A DNA stretch of 64,000 nucleotides from Eledone cirrhosa (taxonomy: Eukaryota). Where the stretch lies: positions 339,698,001 to 339,762,000 of the forward strand of contig OZ024740.1 in assembly GCA_964016885.1 (NCBI GenBank), read 5' to 3'. This document shows positions 63,691 through 64,000 of this stretch, one piece after another (the stretch's first letter is position 1; every line of letters starts with the position of its first letter). The notes beneath the pieces were generated by a model. That model had not been told where the DNA came from. It ran no database searches and saw only the letters and a program-made list of their open reading frames with translations. The translations under genes were made by a program, and so were the position numbers.

Positions 63691-63918
63691 AAAGATTGAG
63701 AATAAGATGATTTAGATTGTTGGTCTGTTGAGAGAACAACTCATTAACTGTTTATCTAATTTTGTTGATGCTATGTGCCTTAAGAGTTAGTTTGGAAGTA
63801 GATCCTTTACATATAGGGCTGAAATAATCAATCAATTGCTTGTGGTTCTACTTGTTCCAGCTTAAACCATTATTTTCATTAGCAACTGAAAAGAAACTCT
63901 TTAACTTTTCAAACACAG

Positions 63919-64000
63919 GTATGGAACAAGAATCTTTTGATTTAGCAGTTGCCAGTTGTTGTTTTGTTGCACACTATGAGGATAGATCAATAGTTCAGTT
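63919..64000 (+). CDS. Possible exon start running off the window (unverified)
   Basis: CTCTTTAACTTTTCAAACACAG acceptor-like site followed by the only open frame, MEQESFDLAVASCCFVAHYEDRSIVQ; no recognisable homology. Confidence 0.15.

Overview
AT-rich, microsatellite-dense eukaryotic DNA made almost entirely of transposable-element debris. The SINE and LINE repertoire and the (TA)n/(CA)n/(CAT)n density suggest an octopus or other coleoid cephalopod; this is inferred, not verified. No host protein-coding gene can be supported; nearly all listed ORFs are microsatellite read-through or TE fragments. Recognisable content: a near full-length but disrupted RTE-clade LINE (APE, RT and a C4HC3 PHD finger) plus many 3' fragments; CR1 and R4/Dong fragments; a Chapaev3-like (CMC) DNA transposon with both ends; a Helitron Rep pseudogene; piggyBac- and Tc1/mariner-type MITEs; and three tRNA-derived SINE families. 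The most notable signal is a set of short non-coding fold-back elements inserted in or beside (TA)n tracts. Several carry minimal type-I hammerhead-ribozyme motifs with palindromic stem III, as in Penelope-like pseudo-LTRs. One ~185-bp-arm palindrome at 43.7-44.1 kb holds two opposed hammerheads with a U3:A8 core, while a related copy 1.4 kb away has the canonical C3:G8 core. A CpG-retaining region at 37.7-39.6 kb with ETS/YY1 motifs and a 13x27-bp array of NRF1-like motifs may be a promoter. All calls were made by eye and repeat boundaries are approximate.
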